NCBI GenBank assembly: GCA_009914755.4
Contig: CP086569.2
Location: forward strand, 27,840,001 to 27,904,000
DNA from: the human T2T-CHM13v2.0 reference genome, Homo sapiens
Direction of reading: 5' to 3'
DNA length: 64,000 bases
The translations under genes were made by a program, and so were the position numbers. This document shows, piece after piece, positions 41,561 through 55,345 of the stretch. Within the stretch, counting starts at the first letter, position 1; every line of letters begins with the position of its first letter. The notes beneath the pieces were generated by a model. That model ran no database searches, had not been told where the DNA came from, and saw nothing but the letters and a program-made list of their open reading frames with translations.

Positions 41561-44318
41561 ATGGAATGGAATGGAAAGGAATTGAATGGAATAGATTGGA
41601 TTGGAAGGGATTGGAATGCAATGGAATGGAAAGGACTCGAATTTCATGAAACGGAATGGAATGAATTGGAATGGAATGGACTCGAATGGAATGGAATGTC
41701 ATGGAATGGCATCAAATGGAATGGCATCAAATGGAATGGAATCGAATGCAATGGAATGTTATGGAATGGAATGGAATGTATTGGAATGGAATGTCCTCTA
41801 ATGGAATGGATTCGAGTGGAATGGAATCGAATATAATGGAGTCGAATGAAATGGAATTGAAAGGACTGGGATCAAATAGAATGGAATATACTGGAATGTA
41901 ATGTAATGAAGTCGAATGTAATTGACTGGAATGGAATGTACATGAATGGAATGCAATCGAATGGAATAGAATCTAATGCAATAAAACCGACTCAAATGGA
42001 ATAGAATGTAATGGAATGGAGTGCAGTGCAATGGAATGGAATGGAATGGAATGGAATGGAATGGAATGGGATGGAATGGGATGGAATGGTATGGAACGGA
42101 TAATAATGGTCTGGAGGAAATGGACTGGAAAGGAATGGACTCAAATTGAAAGGGATCGAAAGGAATGGGGTCAAATGTAATGGTCTGGAATGGAATGAAC
42201 TCGAATGTAATGCAATCCAATAGAATGGAATCGAATGGAATGGAATATAAAGAAATGGAATCGAAGAGAATGGAAACAAATGGAATGGAATTGTATGGAA
42301 TTGAATCGAATCGAATCGAATGTAATTGAACGGAAAAAATGCAACTGAATAGAATCGAAAACAATGGATTCGACTGGCATCTAATAGAATGAAATGGAAT
42401 GCGGTGAGATGGAGTGGATTGTAATGGAGTTGAATGGAATGGGGTGTAATTGAATTGAATGGAGTGGAGTGGAGTGAACTGGAGTGGAATGGAATGGAAT
42501 GGGCAGGCATGGAATTGAAAGGCGTGGAGTGGAGTGGAATTGAGAGGAGTGGAATGCAGTAGGGTGGATTGTATTGGAGAGTATTCGAAAAGAGTGGAGT
42601 GGAACGGAATGGAATGGAGTGGAGTGGAATGGAATGGAATTGAGTGAAGTGGAGTGGAGTGGAATGGAGAGTAATGGAGTGGAGTGGACTTGATTGGAGT
42701 AGATAGCAGTGTATTGGACTGTACGGGATAGAAGGGGCTTGGAGTTCCATGGAGTGGAGTGGAATGGAATGGAATGGAGTGGAATGGATTGGAATGGACT
42801 GGAAAGGAATGGAATGGAATGGATTTAAATGGCAGGGAATCAAATCGAATTGAATCATATTGGAACAATTTGAATCGACTGGAGGAAAGAAATCGAATGA
42901 AATCGAATGGAATGAATGGAAGAGAGTGCAATGTTATAGAATGGAATGGAGACAGATGGAATGGAATGGAACAGAGAGCAATGGTATAGAATGCAATGGA
43001 ATCATATGAAATGGAATTGAGTGGAATGGAATAATATGAAATGGAATGGAATGGAATGGAATGCCCTTGCATTAAATGGACTGGAATGGAATGGACTCGA
43101 ACAGAGTGGAATGGAAAGCATTGAAATAGAATGGAATGGACTCCTTTGGAATGGTCTAGTATGGATGCAATCGACTGGCAGGGAATCAAAAGGAATGTAA
43201 TCGAATAGATTGGACTGGAATACAATGGACTCGAATAGATTGGAAACGGAATACAATGGAATGGAATGGAATAGTTTGGAATGGGATGGAATGAAATGGA
43301 GTGGAATAGACTAGAGTGGAATGGAATGGACTCGAAAGCAATGGACTGGAATGGAACGGTCTTGAATGGACTGGAATCAAACGGAATGGAATGGAATGCA
43401 ATGCAATCAAATGGAATGGAATAAAATAGAATGAAAGAGAATGAAATGGAATTGAATCGAATGGAATCGAATGGATTGGAAAGGAATAGAATGGAATGGA
43501 ATGGAATTGACTCAAATGGAATGGACTAGAATGGAATGGAGTCGAATGGAAGGCAAAGGAATGGAATCTATTGGAATGGACTGTAACGGAATGGAATGGA
43601 AGGGATTGGAATGAACTCGAATGGAATGAACTGCAATAGAAAGGATTCGAATGGAATGAAAAAGAATTGAATGGAATAGAAGAGAATGGAATCAAATCGA
43701 ATGAAATGGAATGGAATAGAAAGGAATGGAATGAAATGGAATGGAAAGGATTCGAATGGAATGCAATCGAATGGAATGGAATCGAACGGAATGGAATAAA
43801 ATGGAGGCAAACTGGCAAGAAATGGAATCGAAATGAATGGAGTGTTATGGAACGGACTCCAAAGGAATTGAATGTAATAGAATGGAGTGGAGTGGACTCG
43901 AATATAATGGACTGGAATGGAATGGAATCACATGGAATGGGAACGAATGGAACGGAATGGAAAGGAATGGAATCGAATGGAAGGGAATGAAATTGAATCA
44001 ACAGGAATGGAAGGGAATAGAATAGACTGTAATGGAATGGACTCGAATAGAAAGGACACGAATGCTCAAATTGAATGGACTCGAATGGAATGGAAACGAA
44101 TGGAATGTCATCGAATGGAATTGAATCGATTGGAATGGAATCGCATAGAATGGAGAGGAATGAAATGGAATTGAATCGAATGGAAAGGAACCGAATGGAC
44201 TGAAATGAAATGGAATGGAATTGAATGGAAAGTAATGCAATGCAATAGAATGGAACGAAATTTCACGGAATGGAATGAAACAGAATGGAATCAAATCAAT
44301 GGAATATAATGAAATGGA
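41561..44318 (+). repeat. HOR unit 15 (2758 bp, B variant, near-identical to unit 10)
   Basis: Anchor at 41561. Shares the 'gggatcgaaagg' and 'ggaacggaatggaaagg' variants. Confidence 0.7.
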
Positions 44319-47076
44319 ATGGAATGGAATGGAAAGGAATTGAATGGAATAGATTGGATTGGAAGGGATTGGAATGCAATGGAATGGAAAGGACTCGAAT
44401 TTCATGAAACGGAATGGAATGAATTGGAATGGAATGGACTCGAATGGAATGGAATGTCATGGAATGGCATCAAATGGAATGGCATCAAATGGAATGGAAT
44501 CGAATGCAATGGAATGTTATGGAATGGAATGGAATGTATTGGAATGGAATGTCCTCTAATGGAATGGATTCGAGTGGAATGGAATCGAATATAATGGAGT
44601 CGAATGAAATGGAATTGAAAGGACTGGGATCAAATAGAATGGAATATACTGGAATGTAATGTAATGAAGTCGAATGTAATTGACTGGAATGGAATGTACA
44701 TGAATGGAATGCAATCGAATGGAATAGAATCTAATGCAATAAAACCGACTCAAATGGAATAGAATGTAATGGAATGGAGTGCAGTGCAATGGAATGGAAT
44801 GGAATGGAATGGAATGGAATGGAATGGGATGGAATGGGATGGAATGGTATGGAACGGATAATAATGGTCTGGAGGAAATGGACTGGAAAGGAATGGACTC
44901 AAATTGAAAGGGCTCGAAAGGAATGGGGTCAAATGTAATGGTCTGGAATGGAATGAACTCGAATGTAATGCAATCCAATAGAATGGAATCGAATGGAATG
45001 GAATATAAATAAATGGAATCGAAGAGAATGGAAACAAATGGAATGGAATTGTATGGAATTGAATCGAATCGAATCGAATGTAATTGAACGGAAAAAATGC
45101 AACTGAATAGAATCGAAAACAATGGATTCGACTGGCATCTAATAGAATGAAATGGAATGCGGTGAGATGGAGTGGATTGTAATGGAGTTGAATGGAATGG
45201 GGTGTAATTGAATTGAATGGAGTGGAGTGGAGTGAACTGGAGTGGAATGGAATGGAATGGGCAGGCATGGAATTGAAAGGCGTGGAGTGGAGTGGAATTG
45301 AGAGGAGTGGAATGCAGTAGGGTGGATTGTAGTGGAGAGTATTCGAAAAGAGTGGAGTGGAACGGAATGGAATGGAGTGGAGTGGAATGGAATGGAATTG
45401 AGTGAAGTGGAGTGGAGTGGAATGGAGAGTAATGGAGTGGAGTGGACTTGATTGGAGTAGATAGCAGTGCATTGGACTGTACGGGATAGAAGGGGCTTGG
45501 ATTTCCATGGAGTGGAGTGGAATGGAATGGAATGGAGTGGAATGGATTGGAATGGACTGGAAAGGAATGGAATGGAATGGATTTAAATGGCAGGGAATCA
45601 AATCGAATTGAATCATATTGGAACAATTTGAATCGACTGGAGGAAAGAAATCGAATGAAATCGAATGGAATGAATGGAAGAGAGTGCAATGTTATAGAAT
45701 GGAATGGAGACAGATGGAATGGAATGGAACAGAGAGCAATGGTATAGAATGCAATGGAATCATATGAAATGGAATTGAGTGGAATGGAATAATATGAAAT
45801 GGAATGGAATGGAATGGAATGCCCTTGCATTAAATGGACTGGAATGGAATGGACTCGAACAGAGTGGAATGGAAAGCATTGAAATAGAATGGAATGGACT
45901 CCTTTGGAATGGTCTAGTATGGATGCAATCGACTGGCAGGGAATCAAAAGGAATGTAATCGAATAGATTGGACTGGAATACAATGGACTCGAATAGATTG
46001 GAAACGGAATGCAATGGAATGGAATGGAATAGTATGGAATGGGATGGAATGAAATGGAGTGGAATAGACTAGAGTGGAATGGAATGGACTCGAAAGCAAT
46101 GGACTGGAATGGAACGGTCTTGAATGGACTGGAATCAAACGGAATGGAATGGAATGCAATGCAATCAAATGGAATGGAATAAAATAGAATGAAAGAGAAT
46201 GAAATGGAATTGAATCGAATGGAATCGAATGGATTGGAAAGGAATAGAATGGAATGGAATGGAATTGACTCAAATGGAATGGACTAGAATGGAATGGAGT
46301 CGAATGGAAGGCAAAGGAATGGAATCTATTGGAATGGACTGTAACGGAATGGAATGGAAGGGATTGGAATGGACTCGAATGGAATGAACTGCAATAGAAA
46401 GGATTCGAATGGAATGAAAAAGAATTGAATGGAATAGAAGAGAATGGAATCAAATCGAATGAAATGGAATGGAATAGAAAGGAATGGAATGAAATGGAAT
46501 GGAAAGGATTCGAATGGAATGCAATCGAATGGAATGGAATCGAACGGAATGGAATAAAATGGAGGCAAACTGGCAAGAAATGGAATCGAAATGAATGGAG
46601 TGTTATGGAACGGACTCCAAAGGAATTGAATGTAATAGAATGGAGTGGAGTGGACTCGAATATAATGGACTGGAATGGAATGGAATCACATGGAATGGGA
46701 ACGAATGGAATGGAATGGAAAGGAATGGAATCGAATGGAAGGGAATGAAATTGAATCAACAGGAATGGAAGGGAATAGAATAGACTGTAATGGAATGGAC
46801 TCGAATAGAAAGGACACGAATGCTCAAATTGAATGGACTCGAATGGAATGGAAACGAATGGAATGTCATCGAATGGAATTGAATCGATTGGAATGGAATC
46901 GCATAGAATGGAGAGGAATGAAATGGAATTGAATCGAATGGAAAGGAACCGAATGGACTGAAATGAAATGGAATGTAATTGAATGGAAAGTAATGCAATG
47001 CAATAGAATGGAACGAAATTTCACGGAATGGAATGAAACAGAATGGAATCAAATCAATGGAATATAATGAAATGGA
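44319..47076 (+). repeat. HOR unit 16 (2758 bp, B variant, core)
   Basis: Anchor at 44319. Confidence 0.7.
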
Positions 47077-49834
47077 ATGGAATGGAATGGAAAGGAATTG
47101 AATGGAATAGATTGGATTGGAAGGGATTGGAATGCAATGGAATGGAAAGGACTCGAATTTCATGAAACGGAATGGAATGAATTGGAATGGAATGGACTCG
47201 AATGGAATGGAATGTCATGGAATGGCATCAAATGGAATGGCATCAAATGGAATGGAATCGAATGCAATGGAATGTTATGGAATGGAATGGAATGTATTGG
47301 AATGGAATGTCCTCTAATGGAATGGATTCGAGTGGAATGGAATCGAATATAATGGAGTCGAATGAAATGGAATTGAAAGGACTGGGATCAAATAGAATGG
47401 AATATACTGGAATGTAATGTAATGAAGTCGAATGTAATTGACTGGAATGGAATGTACATGAATGGAATGCAATCGAATGGAATAGAATCTAATGCAATAA
47501 AACCGACTCAAATGGAATAGAATGTAATGGAATGGAGTGCAGTGCAATGGAATGGAATGGAATGGAATGGAATGGAATGGAATGGGATGGAATGGGATGG
47601 AATGGTATGGAACGGATAATAATGGTCTGGAGGAAATGGACTGGAAAGGAATGGACTCAAATTGAAAGGGCTCGAAAGGAATGGGGTCAAATGTAATGGT
47701 CTGGAATGGAATGAACTCGAATGTAATGCAATCCAATAGAATGGAATCGAATGGAATGGAATATAAATAAATGGAATCGAAGAGAATGGAAACAAATGGA
47801 ATGGAATTGTATGGAATTGAATCGAATCGAATCGAATGTAATTGAACGGAAAAAGTGCAACTGAATAGAATCGAAAACAATGGATTCGACTGGCATCTAA
47901 TAGAATGAAATGGAATGCGGTGAGGTGGAGTGGATTGTAATGGAGTTGAATGGAATGGGGTGTAATTGAATTGAATGGAGTGGAGTGGAGTGAACTGGAG
48001 TGGAATGGAATGGAATGGGCAGGCATGGAATTGAAAGGCGTGGAGTGGAGTGGAATTGAGAGGAGTGGAATGCAGTAGGGTGGATTGTATTGGAGAGTAT
48101 TCGAAAAGAGTGGAGTGGAACGGAATGGAATGGAGTGGAGTGGAATGGAATGGAATTGAGTGAAGTGGAGTGGAGTGGAATGGAGAGTAATGGAGTGGAG
48201 TGGACTTGATTGGAGTAGATAGCAGTGTATTGGACTGTACGGGATAGAAGGGGCTTGGAGTTCCATGGAGTGGAGTGGAATGGAATGGAATGGAGTGGAA
48301 TGGATTGGAATGGACTGGAAAGGAATGGAATGGAATGGATTTAAATGGCAGGGAATCAAATCGAATTGAATCATATTGGAACAATTTGAATCGACTGGAG
48401 GAAAGAAATCGAATGAAATCGAATGGAATGAATGGAAGAGAGTGCAATGTTATAGAATGGAATGGAGACAGATGGAATGGAATGGAACAGAGAGCAATGG
48501 TATAGAATGCAATGGAATCATATGAAATGGAATTGAGTGGAATGGAATAATATGAAATGGAATGGAATGGAATGGAATGCCCTTGCATTAAATGGACTGG
48601 AATGGAATGGACTCGAACAGAGTGGAATGGAAAGCATTGAAATAGAATGGAATGGACTCCTTTGGAATGGTCTAGTATGGATGCAATCGACTGGCAGGGA
48701 ATCAAAAGGAATGTAATCGAATAGATTGGACTGGAATACAATGGACTCGAATAGATTGGAAACGGAATGCAATGGAATGGAATGGAATAGTATGGAATGG
48801 GATGGAATGAAATGGAGTGGAATAGACTAGAGTGGAATGGAATGGACTCGAAAGCAATGGACTGGAATGGAACGGTCTTGAATGGACTGGAATCAAACGG
48901 AATGGAATGGAATGCAATGCAATCAAATGGAATGGAATAAAATAGAATGAAAGAGAATGAAATGGAATTGAATCGAATGGAATCGAATGGATTGGAAAGG
49001 AATAGAATGGAATGGAATGGAATTGACTCAAATGGAATGGACTAGAATGGAATGGAGTCGAATGGAAGGCAAAGGAATGGAATCTATTGGAATGGACTGT
49101 AACGGAATGGAATGGAAGGGATTGGAATGGACTCGAATGGAATGAACTGCAATAGAAAGGATTCGAATGGAATGAAAAAGAATTGAATGGAATAGAAGAG
49201 AATGGAATCAAATCGAATGAAATGGAATGGAATAGAAAGGAATGGAATGAAATGGAATGGAAAGGATTCGAATGGAATGCAATCGAATGGAATGGAATCG
49301 AACGGAATGGAATAAAATGGAGGCAAACTGGCAAGACATGGAATCGAAATGAATGGAGTGTTATGGAACGGACTCCAAAGGAATTGAATGTAATAGAATG
49401 GAGTGGAGTGGACTCGAATATAATGGACTGGAATGGAATGGAATCACATGGAATGGGAACGAATGGAATGGAATGGAAAGGAATGGAATCGAATGGAAGG
49501 GAATGAAATTGAATCAACAGGAATGGAAGGGAATAGAATAGACTGTAATGGAATGGACTCGAATAGAAAGGACACGAATGCTCAAATTGAATGGACTCGA
49601 ATGGAATGGAAACGAATGGAATGTCATCGAATGGAATTGAATCGATTGGAATGGAATCGCATAGAATGGAGAGGAATGAAATGGAATTGAATCGAATGGA
49701 AAGGAACCGAATGGACTGAAATGAAATGGAATGGAATTGAATGCAAAGTAATGCAATGCAATAGAATGGAACGAAATTTCACGGAATGGAATGAAACAGA
49801 ATGGAATCAAATCAATGGAATATAATGAAATGGA
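47077..49834 (+). repeat. HOR unit 17 (2758 bp, B variant, core)
   Basis: Anchor at 47077. Confidence 0.7.
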
Positions 49835-52607
49835 ATGGAATGGAATGGAAAGGAATTGAATGGAATAGATTGGATTGGAAGGGATTGGAATGCAATGGAA
49901 TGGAAATGACTCGAATTTCATGAAACGGAATGGAATGAATTGGAATGGAATGGACTCGAATGGAATGGAATGTCATGGAATGGCATCAAATGGAATGGCA
50001 TCAAATGGAATGGAATCGAATGCAATGGAATGTTATGGAATGGAATGGAATGTATTGGAATGGAATGTCCTCTAATGGAATGGATTCGAGTGGAATGGAA
50101 TCGAATATAATGGAGTCGAATGAAATGGAATTGAAAGGACTGGGATCAAATAGAATGGAATATACTGGAATGTAATGTAATGAAGTCGAATGTAATTGAC
50201 TGGAATGGAATGTACATGAATGGAATGCAATCGAATGGAATTGAATCTAATGCAATAAAACCGACTCAAATGGAATAGAATGTAATGGAATGGAGTGCAG
50301 TGCAATGGAATGGAATGGGATGGAATGGAATGGAATGGAATGGAATGGAATGGAATGGGATGGAATGGGATGGAATGGTATGGAACGGATAATAATGGTC
50401 TGGAGGAAATGGACTGGAAAGGAATGGACTCAAATTGAAAGGGCTCGAAAGGAATGTGGTCAAATGTAATGGTCTGGAATGGAATGAACTCGAATGTAAT
50501 GCAATCCAATAGATTGGAATCGAATGGAATGGAATATAAAGCAATGGAATCGAAGAGAATGGAAACAAATGGAATGGAATTGTATGGAATTGAATCGAAT
50601 CGAATCGAATGTAATTGAACGGAAAAAATGCAACTGAATAGAATCGAAAACAATGGATTCGACTGGCATCTAATAGAATGAAATGGAATGCGTTGAGGTG
50701 GAGTGGATTGTAATGGAGTTGAATGGAATGGGGTGTAATTGAATTGAATGGGGTGGAATGGAGTGAACTGGAGTGGAATGGAATGGAATGGGCAGGAATG
50801 GAATTGAAAGGCGTGGAGTGGAGTGGAATTGAGAGGAGTGGAATGGAGTAGGGTGGATTGTAGTGGAGAGTATTGGAAAAGAGTGGAGTGGAACGGAATG
50901 GAATGGAGTGGAGTGGAATGGAATGGAATTGAGTGAAGTGGAGTGGAGTGGAATGGAGAGTAATGGAGTGGAGTGGACTTGATTGGAGTAGATAGCAGTG
51001 CATTGGACTGTACGGGATAGAAGTGGCTTGGAGTGCCATGGAGTGGAGTGGAATGGAATGGAATGGAGTGGAATGGATTGGAATGGACTGGAAAGGAATG
51101 GAATGGAATGGATTTAAATGGCAGGGAATCAAATCGAATTGAATCATATTGGAACAAGTTGAATCGACTGGAGGAAAGAAATCGAATGAAATCGAATGGA
51201 ATGAATGGAAGAGAGTGCAATGTTATAGAATGGAATGGAGACAGATGGAATGGAATGGAACAGAGAGCAATGGTATAGAATGCAATGGAATCATATGAAA
51301 TGGAATTGAGTGGAATGGAATAATATGAAATGGAATGGAATGGAATGGAATGCCCTTGCATTAAATGGACTGGAATGGAATGGACTCGAACAGAGTGGAA
51401 TGGAAAGCATTGAAATAGAATGGAATGGACTCCTTTGGAATGGTCTAGTATGGATGCAATCGACTGGCAGGGAATCAAAAGGAATGTAATCGAATAGATT
51501 GGACTGGAATACAATGGACTCGAATAGATTGGAAACGGAATACAATGGAATGGAATGGAATAGTATGGAATGGAATGGAAAGGAATGGAGTGGAATAGAC
51601 TAGAGTGGAATGGAATGGACTCGAAAGCAATGGACTGGAATGGAACGGTCTTGAATGGACTGAAATCAAACGGAATGGAATGGAATGCAATGCAATCAAA
51701 TGGAATGGAATAAAATAGAATGAAAGAGAATCAAATGGAATTGAATCGAATGGAGTCAAATGGATTGGAAAGGAATAGAATGGAATGGAATGGAATTGAC
51801 TCAAATGGAATGGCCTAGAATGGAATGGAGTCGAATGGAAGGCAAAGGAATGGAATCTATTGGAATGGACTGTAATGGAATGGAATGGAAGGGATTGGAA
51901 TGAACTCGAATGGAATGGACTGCAATAGAAAGGATTCGAATGGAATGAAAAAGAATTGAATGGAATAGAACAGAATGGAATCAAATCGAATGAAATGGAA
52001 TGGAATAGAAAGGAATGGAATGAAATGGAATGGAAAGGATTCGAATGGAATACAATCGAATGGAATGGAATCGAACGGAATGGAATAAAATGGAAGCAAA
52101 CTGGCAAGAAATGGAATCGAAATGAATGGAGTGTCATGGAACGGACTCAAAAGGAATTGAATGTAATAGAATGGAGTGGAGTGGACTCGAATATAATGGA
52201 CTGGAATGGAATGGAATCACATGGAATGGGAACGAATGGAATGGAATGGAAAGGAATGGAATCGAATGGAAGGGAATGAAATTGAATCAACAGGAATGGA
52301 AGGGAATAGAATAGACTGTAATGGAATGGACTCGAATAGAAAGGACACGAATGCTCAAATTGAATGGACTCGAATGGAATGGAAACGAAAGGAATGTCAT
52401 CGAATGGAATTGAATCGATTGGAATGGAATCGCATAGAATGGAGAGGAATCAAATGGAATTGAATCGAATGGAAAGGAACCGAATGGACTGAAATGAAAT
52501 GGAATGCAATTGAATGGAATGTAATGCAATGCAATAGAATGGAACGAAATTTCACGGAATGGAATGAAACAGAATGGAATCAAATCAAAGGAATATAATG
52601 AAATGGA
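49835..52607 (+). repeat. HOR unit 18 (2773 bp, B' variant, begins the 3' diverged flank)
   Basis: Anchor at 49835 ('atggaatggaatggaaagg'). Has 'ggaaatgactcg' in place of 'ggaaaggactcg'. Confidence 0.65.
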
Positions 52608-55345
52608 ATGGAATGGAATGGAAAGGAATTGAATGGAATAGTTTCGATTGGAAGGGATTGGAATGCAATGGAATTGAAAGGACTCGAATTTCAGGAAACG
52701 GAATGTAATGAATTGGAATGGAATGGACTCGAATGGAATGGAATGTCCTGGAATGGCGTCAAATGGAATGGCATCAAATAGAATGGAATCGAATGCAATG
52801 GAATGTTATGGAATGGAATGGAATGTATTGGAATGGAATGTCCTCTAATGGAATGGATTCGAGTGGAATGGAATCGAATATAATGGTGTCGAATGAAATG
52901 GAATTGAAAGGAATGGGATCGAATAGAATGGAATATACTGGAATGTAATGTAATGAAGTCGAATGTAATTGACTGGAATGGAATGTACATGAATGGAATG
53001 CAATCGAATGGAATAGAATCTAATGCAATAAAACCGACTCAAATGGAATAGAATGTAATGGAATGGAGTGCAGTGCAATGGAATGGAATGGAATGGAATG
53101 GAATGGAATGGAATGGAATGGAATGGAATGGGATGGAATGGTATGGAACGGATAATAATGGTCTGGAGTGAAATGGACTGGAAAGGAATGGACTCTAATT
53201 GAAAGGGCTCGAAAGGAATGGGGTCAAATGTAATGGTCTGGAATGGAATGAACTCGAATGTAATGCAATCCAATAGAATGGAATCGAATGGAATGGAATA
53301 TAAAGCAATGGAATCGAAGAGAATGGAAACAAATGGAATGGAATTGCATGGAATTGTATCGAATCGAATCGAATGTAATTGAACGGAAAAAATGCAACTG
53401 AATAGAATCGAAAACAATGGATTCGACTGGCATCTAATAGAATGAAATGGAATGCGTTGAGGTGGAGTGGATTGTAATGGAGTTGAATGGAATGGGTTGT
53501 AATTGATTTGAATGGGGTGGAGTGGAGTGAACTGGAGTGGAATGGAATGGAATGGGCAGGCATGGAATTGAAAGGCGTGGAGTGGAGTGGAATTGAGAGG
53601 AGTGGAATGGAGTAGGTGGATTGTAGTGGAGAGTATTGGAAAAGAGTGGAGTGGAACGGAATGGAATGGAGTGGAGTGGAATGGAATTTAATTGAGTGAA
53701 GTGGAGTGGAGTGGAATGGAGAGTAATGGAGTGGAGTGGACTTGATTGGAGTAGATAGCAGTGCATTGGACTGTACGGGATAGAAGTGGCTTGGAGTGCC
53801 ATGGAGTGGAGTGGAATGGAATGGAATGGAGTGGAATGGACTGGAAAGGAATGGAATGGAATGGATTTAAATGGTAGGGAATCAAATCGAATTGAATCAT
53901 GTTGGAACAAGTTGAATCGACTGGAGGAAAGAAATCGAATGAAATCGAATGGAATGAATGGAAGAGAGTGCAATGTTATAGAATGGAATGGAGACAGATG
54001 GAATGGAATGGAACAGAGAGCAATGGTATAGAATGCAATGGAATCATATGGAATGGAATTGAATGGAATGGAATAATATGAAATGGAATGGAATGGAATG
54101 GAATGCCCTTGCATTAAATGGACTGGAATGGAATGGACTCGAACAGAGTGGAATGGAAAGCATTGAAATAGAATGGAATGGACTCGTTTGGAATGCTCTA
54201 GTATGGATGCAATCGACTGGCAGGGAATCAAAAGGAATGTAATCGAATAGATTGGACTGGAATAAAATGGACTCGAATGGATTGGAAACGGAATGTAATG
54301 GAATGGAATGGAATAGTATGGAATGGAATGGAAAGGAATGGAGCGGAATAGACTAGAGTGGAATGGAATGGACTCGAAAGCAATGGACTGGAATGGAACG
54401 GTCTTGAATGGACTGGAATCAAACGGAATGGAATGGAATGCAATGCAATCAAATGGAATGGAATAAAATAGAATGAAAGAGAATCAAATGGAATTGAATC
54501 GAATGGAATCGAATGGATTGGAAAGGAATAGAATGGAATGGAATGTAATTGACTCAAATGGAATGGACTAGAATGGAATGGAGTCGAATGGAAGGCAAAG
54601 GAATGGAATCTATTGGAATGGACTTTAATGGAATGGAATGGAAGGGATTGGAATGGACTCGAATGGAATGGACTGCAATAGAAAGGATTCGAATGGAATG
54701 AAAAAGAATTGAATGGAATAGAACAGAATGGAATCAAATCGAATGAAATGGAATGGAATAGAAAGGAATGGAATGAAATGGAATGGAAAGGATTCGAATG
54801 GAATGCAATCGAATGGAATGGAATCGAACGGAATGGAATAAAATGGAAGCAAACTGGCAAGAAATGGAATCGAAATGAATGGAGTGTCATGGAACGGACT
54901 CAAAAGGAATTGAATGTAATAGAATGGAGTGGAGTGGACTCGAATATAATGGACTGGAATGGAATGAAATCACATGGAATGGGAACGAATGGAATGGAAT
55001 GGAAAGGAATGGAATCGAATGGAAGGGAATGAAATTGAATCAACAGGAATGGAAGGGAATAGAATAGACTGTAATGGAATGGACTCGAATAGAAAGGACA
55101 CGAATGCTCAAATTGAATGGACTCGAATGGAATGGAAACGAATGGAATTGAATCGATTGGAATGGAATCGCATAAAATGGAGAGGAATCAAATGGAATTG
55201 AATCGAATGGAAAGGAACCGAATGGACTGAAATGAAATGGAATGCAATTGAATGGAAAGTAATGCAATGCAATAGAATGGAACGAAATTTCACGGAATGG
55301 AATGACACAGAATGGAATCAAATCAAAGGAATATAATGAAATGGA
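52608..55345 (+). repeat. HOR unit 19 (2738 bp, C-like diverged variant)
   Basis: Anchor at 52608. Carries 'atagtttcgattggaagg' and many private substitutions. Confidence 0.65.
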
